Source: Patescibacteria group bacterium UBA6201 (lineage in GTDB: Bacteria; Patescibacteriota; Minisyncoccia; Phycocordibacterales; UBA918). Taken from it: a stretch of DNA of 64,000 bases. The stretch is from positions 51,617-115,616 of the forward strand of contig DISV01000005.1 in assembly GCA_002422025.1 (NCBI GenBank), given 5' to 3'. The notes under the pieces were generated by a model, which was not told the origin of the DNA, did not search any database, and saw only the letters and a list, made by a program, of their open reading frames with translations. Of the stretch, positions 47,337-57,136 are shown piece by piece. Within the stretch, counting starts at the first letter, position 1, and every line of letters begins with the position of its first letter. Made by a program: the position numbers and the translations under genes.

Positions 47337-48176
47337 TTAATCAGTCTGTCCCAAGAGGGCCATTGCGCCATAAAGTCCGCTGTCGTCCTTTAGTTTGGCA
47401 ACCTTTAGCTCTGGGACTGCGATGTCATCAGCTAAAACTAGTTCTGTATGACGTCTGATATTATCGAGCGGTATGGCAGGGTCCCCAGTAATCATTGATC
47501 CTCCAAGTACTATAGTGTCTGGTGACCAGTAGTAGATGGTGTTGCGTAGACCGTGTGCCAAGTAATTGGCCAACTGGTCCCAAATGGCGTCGTCTTGCGG
47601 AATGTCGTATGGCTTAGCACCAGTTCTCTCTTCGATAGCTGCGCCGGAGACTAGGTTCTCTAGGGTTGGTAAAATGTCGTCCCCCAAGATGGTGCGGTCT
47701 ATGTCGAGTATTTGTTTTCCTGGTTCGAAACCTAGGTGGTAGCTGTCAATTTTGCCGTTTTCTATTTTGGCTCCGCCCACTCCGGTTGAAATCGTGTGGT
47801 AGACCATAATGTCCGTACTCTTTCCTGCACCAAAATGAGCTTCACCTAAACCGGCGAGTGCCGCGTCGTTTTCAAGGCACACTTTGGTATTTAGTCTCTT
47901 GGCTAAAGTTTCGGCTAGTGGTTCCTCCATCCATTTTGAGAGTACATCATCGTGTGCGATGTATGTACGGTCTTCGCTCAGCATTCCTCGGACCGCGCCA
48001 CAGGCACCACGGATATTTGTTTTGGCAAGACTCTCAGCTGCCTCTACAATTTTTTCAATTCCTTCCTTAAAGTTGATTGGTGTTTTGAATTTAATCGGTT
48101 TTTCAAACGATTTCAAATCCTCCGAAACTGCTACTCTAGTATTTGTGCCACCAATGTCAAAAAGAATATAACTCAT
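47337..48176 (-). CDS. ROK/BadF-type sugar kinase (glucokinase-like)
   Basis: 279 aa. N-terminal ILFDIGGTNTRVAV actin-fold ATPase motif. No ROK Cys-zinc motif, so it is a glucokinase-like subtype. Confidence 0.7.
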   Translation of the reverse strand: MSYILFDIGGTNTRVAVSEDLKSFEKPIKFKTPINFKEGIEKIVEAAESLAKTNIRGACGAVRGMLSEDRTYIAHDDVLSKWMEEPLAETLAKRLNTKVCLENDAALAGLGEAHFGAGKSTDIMVYHTISTGVGGAKIENGKIDSYHLGFEPGKQILDIDRTILGDDILPTLENLVSGAAIEERTGAKPYDIPQDDAIWDQLANYLAHGLRNTIYYWSPDTIVLGGSMITGDPAIPLDNIRRHTELVLADDIAVPELKVAKLKDDSGLYGAMALLGQTD

Positions 48177-48278
48177 GTTTAATTTTCAGTTGCTAGCTCT
48201 TAGGTTTTAGCATGTTAATCATAACACTTAACATACTTGAAACATTACGGTCACACTCACTCATCATTAAGTCTATTC

Positions 48279-49235
48279 CTATTCAACTATAGGACTTATT
48301 TCTTGGCCAAAGATATTGCTAATGTCCTTGCAATAACTCTCGATGTTATCTTTAAAGTATGGTGGATGGGCACGCTGAATTTGACCGATAAAGTGGTAGC
48401 AAGTAGCAAGAGCAGCGGCAAGGCCAGGTAACTCGGTAGTCAGACTACCTCCAACGGTTTCTTTGTTGGTGAGGGTTAATTCAATTTTTCTTCCCTCTTC
48501 ACCCCAGCCCAGCTCCTCCATGCCAACATAAATAAAAAGTTCACGCTCGTCAGGCACAATGGTCTTGGCGTGCTTGATCTCCTCTGGAGTAAAAAAGCGA
48601 GGTGAAAGTTTGGTGCCAAACAGCTCATCAAACTTAGTGCGGAGCATAGGTGCGATTAGGGTTATGTTTGGTGGCAGGACAAAAGTGAAACCATTAAAGT
48701 GCGCCAAATCTACCCCGACTTTATTGTTGGACTCAATATGTGAAAGTATTGCATGTGGGTCCTCCTTAGTCTTTGCGAGTATCATCGATATATAGGTAGA
48801 GGTGTTATAGGTGTATGGTTCGCGGTTCCGAGGAAAGACCCGGACGTGCTCCTTCTCCATAAAACTCCCAGCCGGCGCGTCTGTGTTATTTGTGAAAAGT
48901 ATTGATGGTATCTGGAGTTCTTCTAAACGCTTAGCAATATTAACCGAGTGCTTACTCCCCGAAGCTGAGATTAAAACTGCGCCATCTATCTCCCCCGCTC
49001 TTTCTATTACCTCTTCAAAATTAGTCTCATTAGCAAATACAGCATCCGTATCGCGAAAGATGATTCGTCCAGTAGATTCAGCATTTCCGCTTCCGATGAC
49101 CAATGGTCTTTTGAAAGAAACCTCTACCTCCGGAAGGGTAGCAGTTGAAAGCATTAATAGGGCGCCATCCACTACCACATCCAAGTCTGGAATATTATCC
49201 AGACTAAATTCTTTTAGGGTATCAAGCGGTGACAT
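48279..49235 (-). CDS. SIS-domain protein; putative bifunctional phosphoglucose/phosphomannose isomerase (archaeal-type PGI/PMI)
   Basis: 318 aa. Two SIS-like segments (LVIGSGNAESTGRII; AVLISASGSKHSVNIAKRLEELQIPSILFTNN). Adjacent to the sugar kinase. Confidence 0.5.
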   Translation of the reverse strand: MSPLDTLKEFSLDNIPDLDVVVDGALLMLSTATLPEVEVSFKRPLVIGSGNAESTGRIIFRDTDAVFANETNFEEVIERAGEIDGAVLISASGSKHSVNIAKRLEELQIPSILFTNNTDAPAGSFMEKEHVRVFPRNREPYTYNTSTYISMILAKTKEDPHAILSHIESNNKVGVDLAHFNGFTFVLPPNITLIAPMLRTKFDELFGTKLSPRFFTPEEIKHAKTIVPDERELFIYVGMEELGWGEEGRKIELTLTNKETVGGSLTTELPGLAAALATCYHFIGQIQRAHPPYFKDNIESYCKDISNIFGQEISPIVE

Positions 49236-49238
49236 AAT

Positions 49239-49979
49239 TCAGGTACTTAGGTCCTTGGTTGTCAGTATAGATTTTTTCAGACGTTTTTTATTTGGACGCA
49301 AGTTACATGTCTTAGACAATTTGTCGATAATGTATTCTTCAGCTTCGTCTACAGAGTCTACGATATGGAAGATATCGAGATCAATCTCGTCAATAGTCTC
49401 ATATTTATTTACCAATTCCTTCTCCATCCATGAGACGAGGGGTTTCCAAAATGCTTGGCCGTATAAGAGTACTGGTACAGCAGTGATTTTTTTTGTTTGA
49501 ATCAGAGTGATGATTTCAAATAATTCGTCCAGCGTTCCAAAGCCTCCAGGGAAATAGACATAGACCTCAGAAGCGTACGCCAGCATAACCTTGCGAGAGA
49601 AGAAGTGGTCAAAGGAGAGAGACTCAGTGGTATACGGGTTGAGGCGCTGCTCCATCGGTAGGCGAATATTGAGACCAACTGAAGTACCTCCAGCCTTAAA
49701 GGCTCCGACGTTGCTGGCCTCCATGATCCCTCCGCCACCACCCGTTACGATGGTGAGGCCGAGTTCGGATAGGCGGGATGCTAACCCCTCGGCCTCATTG
49801 TAGTACTTGTCCCCTGGATGGGTGCGGGCACTTCCCCAGAAGGTAGCGGAAGGCCCAAGCTTTTTAAGCAAATTAAAGCCATTAACAAACTCAGACATTA
49901 TGCTGAATATGCGCCAGCTCTGGTCCTCCGGACGAAGTAGTTCACTAGTCAATCGACAAGTGAGTGGTTCTTCTGACAT
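49239..49979 (-). CDS. LOG family protein (TIGR00730 Rossmann-fold nucleotide-binding; cytokinin riboside 5'-monophosphate phosphoribohydrolase-like)
   Basis: Track ORF 49239..50039. The likely start is MSEEPL. Motifs TGGGGGIMEASN and PGGFGTLDELFEIITLIQTKK. Confidence 0.8.
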   Translation of the reverse strand: MSEEPLTCRLTSELLRPEDQSWRIFSIMSEFVNGFNLLKKLGPSATFWGSARTHPGDKYYNEAEGLASRLSELGLTIVTGGGGGIMEASNVGAFKAGGTSVGLNIRLPMEQRLNPYTTESLSFDHFFSRKVMLAYASEVYVYFPGGFGTLDELFEIITLIQTKKITAVPVLLYGQAFWKPLVSWMEKELVNKYETIDEIDLDIFHIVDSVDEAEEYIIDKLSKTCNLRPNKKRLKKSILTTKDLST

Positions 49980-50157
49980 TTTGGTCTTTTTTTTATCTCT
50001 TCCGTTACCAGACAAGTTTAAAATCAGATCATTGAACATTACTATCAGTATAAGGTGTCAGTTGCTAGTTGTCAGTCACCAGTTGTTAGTAGCTGGTTCG
50101 TTCGCGTTTGATTAATTCGAGGTAAATGCTTCTGTGCCATCGCCTCTAAATATGTAA

Positions 50158-50754
50158 CTAAACTTTCCAAGGAATATCGAATTGTTCAAACTCTGGTAGG
50201 AGTTTTTTATCGTACAGGAGTCTCGAAGTAACTTCGGCGTGTGATAAGGCGCCGGTCAAGGCATTGTGTGGCATTGGTTCGCTTGGAATACCACAGTAGT
50301 TTAAGATGGCGTCTAGATCGAGGTTGCTGCGACGATGCTGTGTGTCCACTGGCGCTTTCTCCCCCCTCTTTACTATGTGCATATAGGCCAAGGTGTGGGT
50401 GTCGATGGTGCGGTGTGCGAGGTCCCATGATAACTTGGCGCGCTCTGCTGCGCTTTGGAGGAAGTCGCGATCAAAGGACGGATTCTGTCCGGTGATAGTT
50501 CGGTTACTGAGGTGTTGGCTCCACTCTAGAAATTCAGTGACCAGCTCCGCTTCGCTTTTCTTACTCACATCTTTAGCTTGTTCCTCTGTAAAGCCGTTAA
50601 TAGTTAAAGATTCTTCGCTTATGTGTGCCCCATCCCAGATTCGGCACTCACCATAAAACCGACGCGTCGGGTTTTCTAGATCTAAGGCACCAATCGATAG
50701 AATTGAACACTTTTCGGGGTGGAGGCCACTGGTTTCAACGTCAACAATCAACAT
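50158..50754 (-). CDS. DEDDh 3'-5' exonuclease (DnaQ/epsilon-like)
   Basis: 198 aa. Exo I MLIVDVETSGL, Exo II FNGFTF-type motif, Exo III H..D near the C-terminus. Confidence 0.75.
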   Translation of the reverse strand: MLIVDVETSGLHPEKCSILSIGALDLENPTRRFYGECRIWDGAHISEESLTINGFTEEQAKDVSKKSEAELVTEFLEWSQHLSNRTITGQNPSFDRDFLQSAAERAKLSWDLAHRTIDTHTLAYMHIVKRGEKAPVDTQHRRSNLDLDAILNYCGIPSEPMPHNALTGALSHAEVTSRLLYDKKLLPEFEQFDIPWKV

Positions 50755-50757
50755 AAT

Positions 50758-51528
50758 TTATTCTATATCAATTTCTACCCCCATTTCGACATCTGTAGCA
50801 CTTTTTACACGAGTGAATCGCAGTGCTCCACCACGGTCCATATAGATTAGTTCCAACTCTTCAGGAGTAACTTTAGTAAGTTTGTAATACATAACCTCGG
50901 ATGCTCCGATGTCAGTAGCAATCTTTAGGTAAGCAGTATTTGCTTCTAGTGAAAAAGGTGTCTCAACATCAGAATCCATTGTGAAGATCAACCAACTACC
51001 AACTGTATCGTCACTACCTTCGTATGAGTCAGTTACTGTTCCGTCGGCTTTGAATTCACGTGTGAACTTATCGTCATCAACGCTCTGCCACTCACCCTCT
51101 ATAGTCTTTGCAGCTTCGAGAATTAAGTTTGTCTCTTCGACATCACCTTCGCCCATATCACCGAAGTTGTATGGAGCGTTATTTGCGTCAAATGGCTGAG
51201 TACAGCTGGTAGTGATACCGGTGCGAGAATTAGTGATAGTTACTTTTTCACCTGCGAAAGTGTATGTATAGTCCCCACTCTCATATATATAAGAATCAGA
51301 ACCGGCTAATCGCACCGCAGTGCGAGTAATTATTCCGTCTACTACGATATCGACGCGTGAGAAGTCAGGACTAAATTCAGCTGAGAAGTATGAATTGTCC
51401 GCGCACATAAAGGAGATGCCGTCTCCTGTCATCGGAACACTATTGTCATCCATGGTCTTTGTGTAGACGACATAGCCGGCGATGGCTAACACTACCAACA
51501 TCACGCCGAGGAAAAGTTTAGTTGACAT
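50758..51528 (-). CDS. Membrane-anchored hypothetical protein; N-terminal domain possibly MliC-like (lysozyme inhibitor fold)
   Basis: 256 aa. N-terminal TM, then C..YF.AEF...SRVDIV.DG...RTAVRLAGSDSYIYESGDYTYTFAGEKVTIT......TTSC, a two-Cys pattern reminiscent of MliC/PliC. The C-terminal domain is acidic. Confidence 0.4.
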   Translation of the reverse strand: MSTKLFLGVMLVVLAIAGYVVYTKTMDDNSVPMTGDGISFMCADNSYFSAEFSPDFSRVDIVVDGIITRTAVRLAGSDSYIYESGDYTYTFAGEKVTITNSRTGITTSCTQPFDANNAPYNFGDMGEGDVEETNLILEAAKTIEGEWQSVDDDKFTREFKADGTVTDSYEGSDDTVGSWLIFTMDSDVETPFSLEANTAYLKIATDIGASEVMYYKLTKVTPEELELIYMDRGGALRFTRVKSATDVEMGVEIDIE

Positions 51529-51587
51529 AAAATAGATTGAGTTGTTTTGTTAAACTTAAATCTATTGTACTCTTGCCGTCTTGAATA

Positions 51588-51628
51588 TAAAAGCCCCACA
51601 ACCTTGTGGTTGTGGGGCCCTTTTTTGT
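51588..51628. terminator. Bidirectional rho-independent terminator
   Basis: aaaagccccacaaccttgtggttgtggggcccttttttg. Confidence 0.8.
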
Positions 51629-51636
51629 CTTGGCGA

Positions 51637-51849
51637 TCACGTGAAGTACTTAATCGCGATGAGGATGATGGCGATGACTAGGCCGCCAATCAGCTTAAGT
51701 ATTGGTGTCCAGTTGCTGGTCTGTTCAGTCGAGGGGTCGGTGTAGTCGTCCAGGGAGTATTCATTTCTGGGAATCCCTCTGGCAGCTTTTTCTATATTGT
51801 TCTCCATAGTCCTTTCTCCAGTTGCATACCGATGCCATTCTGCCACCAA
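51637..51849 (-). CDS. Small C-terminally anchored membrane protein, hypothetical
   Basis: 70 aa (or 56 aa from MENNIEK). Single C-terminal TM ILKLIGGLVIAIILIAIKYF. Confidence 0.35.
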   Translation of the reverse strand: MVAEWHRYATGERTMENNIEKAARGIPRNEYSLDDYTDPSTEQTSNWTPILKLIGGLVIAIILIAIKYFT

Positions 51850-52254
51850 TTATATCCCTTTGCAATTAGCGGCGGGGCGGAGCCCGGCCGCCTCCGCCTC
51901 CTCTTTGGTTTTAAAGGTAATCATATTGGCTTCAGATATTCGTTTAGCTCCCGCGCAATGCGGTAGATGATAGACCTCCCCATTACGGGAGGCGACGTAG
52001 TAGGTGGATAAGGTTCCTGTGGTGGGTGCGGTAGATGCGGAATTTGTCCTTTCCTCCCCCTTTACCCCGTTACCTATCTCTAGAGCAGCGGGAGCAACCG
52101 CTTCTTGCACCACCTGCTCCACTGATTGTCTACCTAACCCAAAGGCGGTTAAAGCCACTAGTACCAATAGGATTGATGAAAAGACCTGGGGCTCGGCAAG
52201 GTAGACCTTGACCCGCACACCCACTTCTCTGATGTTTTGCTGAAGATTTTGCAT
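51850..52254 (-). CDS. Membrane-anchored protein with C-terminal Ada-like zinc-binding motif (YHxPxC...RPxxxC)
   Basis: 134 aa. TM at aa 25-45. C-terminus YVASRNGEVYHLPHCAGAKRISEANMITFKTKEEAEAAGLRPAANC resembles the Ada N-terminal metal-binding-domain-like fold. Its start abuts the stop of the previous small gene. Confidence 0.45.
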   Translation of the reverse strand: MQNLQQNIREVGVRVKVYLAEPQVFSSILLVLVALTAFGLGRQSVEQVVQEAVAPAALEIGNGVKGEERTNSASTAPTTGTLSTYYVASRNGEVYHLPHCAGAKRISEANMITFKTKEEAEAAGLRPAANCKGI

Positions 52255-52429
52255 ACTCTAGCCGTTTAATTATGGATAAGTACAGTTCCTAGCTCTATAA
52301 GTGACAAGATACGGCAAAACTGAAGCCTCAGAGAAACGGGTGTGGGGGTTGATTTTTTCTCTTATTTCTTGTAGGATAGCGCTCATTGCATTGGGTTTTA
52401 TCGCCCACCAATTATATCAATAAGACAGT

Positions 52430-52705
52430 ATGGCAACTAAAAAATCAGCTGGTACAGCTAAAAACCTGCGCGACTCCCAACCAAAATATTTGGGGGTTAA
52501 GCGTGGGGACGGCCAAGCCGTGAATGTAGGACAGGTTATTGTGCGTCAGCGCGGTACTAAAATTGAACCCGGAAAGAATGTTAAGGCTGGTCGCGACCAT
52601 ACTATTTTTGCTATGAAGGATGGAAAGGTCTCTTTCCGTGAGTCCCGCAAGGTTCGCTTTGATGGACAAGTAGTAACCAAAAAGACTGTTGACGTCCTCG
52701 CCTAA
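52430..52705 (+). CDS. rpmA: 50S ribosomal protein L27
   Basis: 91 aa. ...[41 protein letters not shown]. Confidence 0.9.
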   Translation: MATKKSAGTAKNLRDSQPKYLGVKRGDGQAVNVGQVIVRQRGTKIEPGKNVKAGRDHTIFAMKDGKVSFRESRKVRFDGQVVTKKTVDVLA

Positions 52706-52728
52706 CTTTTATGATCAAGAGGAAATAA

Positions 52729-52764
52729 GAAAAGGCGCGCCAACGGCGCGCCTTTTCTTATTTT
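52729..52764 (+). terminator. Rho-independent terminator after rpmA
   Basis: aaaaggcgcgccaacggcgcgccttttcttatttt. Confidence 0.8.
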
Positions 52765-52799
52765 GTCCTGTCTAAGTACTAAGTGCCAAGCGCTAAGTA

Positions 52800-53519
52800 C
52801 TATTTACTAACAATCACAATTGATTCAATCACTACAGGTGTTACAGGAATGTCTCTAGCCTTAGTTTCTACTTGTCCGATAGTATCCACGATGTCCATTC
52901 CCTTGGATACACGACCAAATACAGGGTGTTTGGAAGACAGTGGTGGCTTATTGAAATCTAGGCCAGTGTTGTCGACTAGGTTAATAAACCATTGACTGCC
53001 ACCAGAATTTGGCTGACCAGTGTTGGCCATAGCAATAGTGCCTCGGGTATTGCTGAGAAGTTCCCCTTCGACAAATTCGTCAGCGACATTTTCCTCTGGA
53101 CCACCAGTACCATAAATTGACTCATCACTTCCCTTTGAGTTGGGGTCACCACCTTGAATCATGAAGCCTTCAATGACACGGTGAAATTTTGTCTGGTCGT
53201 AAAAGCCTGACTCGGCTAGTTTAATGAAGTTGCTGGTAGTAATCGGCATCTGATCTTCAAAAAGTTCTAGTTCGATTACACCCATATTGGTAGTGATAAC
53301 AGCTGTTCTATTCATATCATTAGTGATTACTGGATTATTAACTTTTTGTTCTTCGGCGGTTAGTGGCCCTGATACTTCTTCATTACTAGAGAGGTCGAGC
53401 TCCCCAGTGTTCGTCCCGGTAGTGGACTGCCAGTAGATTAAAAGTCCTAAGACAAGGGCAGACGCAACTATAGTGATAATTATCAAATTCAATCCTTTCA
53501 ATCCTTTCAATCCTTTCAT
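52800..53519 (-). CDS. ppiB: Peptidyl-prolyl cis-trans isomerase, cyclophilin type, membrane-anchored
   Basis: 239 aa. FHRVIEGFMIQGGDP, GTIAMANTG, SQWFINL, HPVFGRV. N-terminal TM anchor. Confidence 0.85.
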   Translation of the reverse strand: MKGLKGLKGLNLIIITIVASALVLGLLIYWQSTTGTNTGELDLSSNEEVSGPLTAEEQKVNNPVITNDMNRTAVITTNMGVIELELFEDQMPITTSNFIKLAESGFYDQTKFHRVIEGFMIQGGDPNSKGSDESIYGTGGPEENVADEFVEGELLSNTRGTIAMANTGQPNSGGSQWFINLVDNTGLDFNKPPLSSKHPVFGRVSKGMDIVDTIGQVETKARDIPVTPVVIESIVIVSK

Positions 53520-53563
53520 ATTTTAATTTTAGGTTAAAGTCTCAAGGCCTGTACTAATTACAC

Positions 53564-53998
53564 TCACTCAATATTAATTTTAAAAGTCGCGCGATTCTCT
53601 CCTTGGACCAATTCGACCTCATGTTCTCCTGTGGTCTTGATCGGAGTGGCTATCTTGATCATACTTTTCTCAACCACTATTCCTTGCTCCAAGGCGGCAG
53701 CAACTACCCCTTCCGGTTTGATAGCTGCAAAAAGGTGCCCCTTATCGTTCTTGTGGTTTTTAAGAACCAAGGTAGATTCCGACAAGGCCTTCTTAGCTGC
53801 AAAAAATCTTTCCGCAGCTACGCTTTGTTTGACGCCTTTTTCAACTTGAATCTGTTCGATTTGTTTAAGGTTATCCTTTGTTGCTGGTTTGGCCCATCCT
53901 TTAGGGATTAGCTTATTTTGACCAAAGCCATCGGGCACATTGACTACTTCATGCTTACGGCCGATCTTGGCCACATCTTGTAACAGAATGACTTTCAT
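53564..53998 (-). CDS. rplI: 50S ribosomal protein L9
   Basis: 144 aa. MKVILLQDVAKIGRKHEVVNVPDGFGQNKLIPKGWA. Confidence 0.85.
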   Translation of the reverse strand: MKVILLQDVAKIGRKHEVVNVPDGFGQNKLIPKGWAKPATKDNLKQIEQIQVEKGVKQSVAAERFFAAKKALSESTLVLKNHKNDKGHLFAAIKPEGVVAAALEQGIVVEKSMIKIATPIKTTGEHEVELVQGENRATFKINIE

Positions 53999-54149
53999 GC
54001 CGTTAGAGATAGGAAACCCTCAGGTTTCCGTTACTTAGGTAGCTGATAACACTTCGACCGTCTTTTGAAATAAGGGTCTGTAAGAACACACTTAGGTCAA
54101 CTCCATCATCTCTAACGGTATTCATAGGCCTCCTAATATACCTTAAATC

Positions 54150-55463
54150 TTACAACCTGACACCTAATACTTCTCCAATGGTTTTGTCGCCCCCTAGCCA
54201 CTTCAAAGCCGCTTCCATTTGCTTGTCCTCACCAGCCATCATTTCTTGTGGGGTTCGAGGAATGTAGACATTTGGTTCGAGACCTCCTTCTGAGAAAGAT
54301 ATTCCTTCTGGAGTGAGCCATCTTGCTATGGTGACTTTAAGGGCACTCTTGTCGGGTAGGCTAACTAATTCCTGTACTGAGCCCTTACCAAAGGTAGTGT
54401 CACCGATGGTAGTGGCGATATTGTGTTCCGAAAGAGCACCAGCCAAAATCTCTGAAGCAGACGCCGATCCGCCATCAATCAACACAACGAAGTTGTCTGG
54501 ATTCAAATTAAATATCCTCTGTCCTTGGGTGCGGTAAACGTCTTCCTCTTTACCTTCACCGTAGTGTTCGCGCACTACAACTTTGCCGGCTGGTAGGAAG
54601 TAACCAGCGATAGCCACAGCGCTTTCAAGGAAGCCACCAGGATTACCACGCAAATCTAGAATGAGGTTAGTTTTTCCACTTTGTTCAAATGCGACTATCG
54701 CTTCACGCATCTTTGATTCGGAGATACCGTTAAAGCTGTATAGTTTGATAATAAAGGTGTCATTTTTTTCCTCAGTATCTAGTGTTGGAATATTTATAAC
54801 CTGACGGACAATCTTTTTCTCAAGTAGTTCGGTTTCACCTTCGCGATAGACCATTAATGTGACTTCGGTCCCGGCTTCACCACGGATTAGGCGCACTGCC
54901 TCATCTACATTCATACGATCAGTTGAGGTGTCATCAATCCGTGTAATTACGTCGCCAGTCTGGATACCAGCAGCAAGGGCTGGAGATTCAGGTAACGGGG
55001 CGATAATAGTAATTAGGCCTTCACGGAGTCCAACCTCCATTCCAACACCGCTAAAATTACCAGAGATATCTTCTGCAAAATAAGAAGCGTCTTCAGGTGG
55101 CATGTAGACGGTATATGGGTCACCGTAACTGTCTACCATTCCTGCGATGGCTCCGCGTAGTCGGTCAGTTTGGTTAGGAGTACTGGTCGAGGAAGTGGTA
55201 ACAAACTTCTCATCTAAGAGATTCCAGACGCGCCAAAATTCACCGAGATCTGCCTCATCATCGGGCTTTTCTTTAGGATAGAGAAAACTGAATATACTGG
55301 CCTCAAGGGGTGATCCCTCCCCCATTCCACCTTGTCCGAACTGCACTCCTGAAAAAAAGGCAGCTACAGCCAACATGGCAGCTAATCCAACTCCTAATAG
55401 CTTTCCGTTATTCTTGGGATTCTTAGTTGTCTGTTCATTTTGCATGGGGCTATTATCGCACAC
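54150..55463 (-). CDS. ctpA: S41 family C-terminal processing peptidase (CtpA/Prc-like) with PDZ domain
   Basis: 437 aa. N-terminal TM. PDZ (GIQTGDVITRIDD). S41 core (LILDLRGNPGGFLESAV; Ser-Lys dyad context). Confidence 0.85.
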   Translation of the reverse strand: MCDNSPMQNEQTTKNPKNNGKLLGVGLAAMLAVAAFFSGVQFGQGGMGEGSPLEASIFSFLYPKEKPDDEADLGEFWRVWNLLDEKFVTTSSTSTPNQTDRLRGAIAGMVDSYGDPYTVYMPPEDASYFAEDISGNFSGVGMEVGLREGLITIIAPLPESPALAAGIQTGDVITRIDDTSTDRMNVDEAVRLIRGEAGTEVTLMVYREGETELLEKKIVRQVINIPTLDTEEKNDTFIIKLYSFNGISESKMREAIVAFEQSGKTNLILDLRGNPGGFLESAVAIAGYFLPAGKVVVREHYGEGKEEDVYRTQGQRIFNLNPDNFVVLIDGGSASASEILAGALSEHNIATTIGDTTFGKGSVQELVSLPDKSALKVTIARWLTPEGISFSEGGLEPNVYIPRTPQEMMAGEDKQMEAALKWLGGDKTIGEVLGVRL

Positions 55464-55556
55464 CGTTTTCTATATCGGAAATGGTAAAAATAGTTTTGTC
55501 CTCTTACTTATAAACTCCATCTATTAACGTTTCTGCTAGTCTTATATTCTGTTAGA

Positions 55557-57011
55557 ATGGTCCTAATGTTACGTTTATTCAAACGCCCGTCCATTCGTGA
55601 ACCAATTTTTCTCTATAACACCGCCACGCGGAAAAAAGAGGAATTCACTTCACTTAAGAAGGGTTGGGTCACAATGTATAGTTGTGGGCCGACAGTTTAT
55701 GATCATATCCATATTGGCAACCTACGCGCCTATCTCTTACCTGATCTTTTGACGCGACTCTTTCTTTATAATGGTTACCGAGTTAACTCGACTATCAACT
55801 TCACTGATTTTGGTCACCTGACCGATGACGCCGACGCGGGCGAGGATAAGATGATGAAAGGTATGAAGCGTGAGGGTTATGAGATCACGCTAGACAATAT
55901 GCGCGTGTTTGCTGAACCATACATTGAATCGTTCAAAGAAGATAATCTGATGTTCGGTAATCGCCCCCCTACCCAATACTCTCGTGCTAGCGATTATGTG
56001 AAGGAACAAATCGCGCTAATAAGGACACTTGAAGAAAAAGGTTACGCCTACCGTACGAAAGACGGACTCTACTTCGATATTTCTAAGTTCCCCTCATATG
56101 GGAAGCTCGGTAATGTTGATATTGAGAAAATGAAGGCTGGCGCACGAGTCGAGGTCAATAAAGAAAAACATCATCCAGCTGACTTTGCACTTTGGAAGCT
56201 CGCTGACCTTGGTTGGGAGAGTCGTTGGGGAAAAGGTTTTCCTGGCTGGCACATCGAGTGCACGGCGATGGCTTTTGCCACTCTTGGTAAGCAGATTGAC
56301 GTTCATACTGGTGGTGAGGACTTGCAGTACACGCATCATAACGGTGAGATAGCTCAAGCTGAGGCAGTGACTGGTAAGGAGTATGTCGGCTATTGGCTCC
56401 ATAACGCTCATATTACGATTGATAATATGAAGATTGCTAAGTCACTGGGTAATGGAATACGCCTCAAACACTTGGCTGACCGCGGGTTTTCCCCTACTGT
56501 CTATCGTTACTGGTTATTACAGAGTCATTATCGATCTGGTGCTAATTTCACCTGGGAGGCTATGTCAGCCTCAAAGAACGCTTTGACTCGTCTGTATCGG
56601 CTGGTTTATGAAGAGTTGGTGGAATTACGCCCAGGAATGGTTAATGAGGATTATGAGCGACGGTTCTTACAAGCTCTCTCGGATGATCTCGATACCCCAC
56701 GTGCCCTCTCTATACTCTGGGAATTAGCAAAAGATACTAGTGTGCCACCAAAAGAAAAACTTGCGACCATTCATGCTTTTGATTCCCTGCTCGCTATTGG
56801 ACTATCTAAAACACCAGACGAAGGACGTCATGTACTCGGAGTGGTGGAAGTGGAGGATGTGCCAGCTATAGTGCGGGAGCAAAATGCTCGTCGTGAAGAG
56901 GCCCGTGCGATTAAAGACTTTACTCTCGCTGACCAACTCCGTGAAGAAATCAGAAAAAATGGCTACGAAGTGAAGGATACTCCAGAAGGACCCCAGTTAA
57001 CTAAGGTGTAG
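55557..57011 (+). CDS. cysS: Cysteinyl-tRNA synthetase
   Basis: 484 aa. [19 protein letters not shown] (HIGH) and KIAKSLGN (KMSKS). Confidence 0.9.
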   Translation: MVLMLRLFKRPSIREPIFLYNTATRKKEEFTSLKKGWVTMYSCGPTVYDHIHIGNLRAYLLPDLLTRLFLYNGYRVNSTINFTDFGHLTDDADAGEDKMMKGMKREGYEITLDNMRVFAEPYIESFKEDNLMFGNRPPTQYSRASDYVKEQIALIRTLEEKGYAYRTKDGLYFDISKFPSYGKLGNVDIEKMKAGARVEVNKEKHHPADFALWKLADLGWESRWGKGFPGWHIECTAMAFATLGKQIDVHTGGEDLQYTHHNGEIAQAEAVTGKEYVGYWLHNAHITIDNMKIAKSLGNGIRLKHLADRGFSPTVYRYWLLQSHYRSGANFTWEAMSASKNALTRLYRLVYEELVELRPGMVNEDYERRFLQALSDDLDTPRALSILWELAKDTSVPPKEKLATIHAFDSLLAIGLSKTPDEGRHVLGVVEVEDVPAIVREQNARREEARAIKDFTLADQLREEIRKNGYEVKDTPEGPQLTKV

Positions 57012-57136
57012 AAATGAGTAATCGGGGTTCAGAAACGGCTGCCTAGAGGGCGCCGTTTATAGCTATCCCCACTATCCACTTAGTCCACAATCTCCTCTCT
57101 TAAACGTCAATCGACAGTCGGTGCTAAAATAGACAA

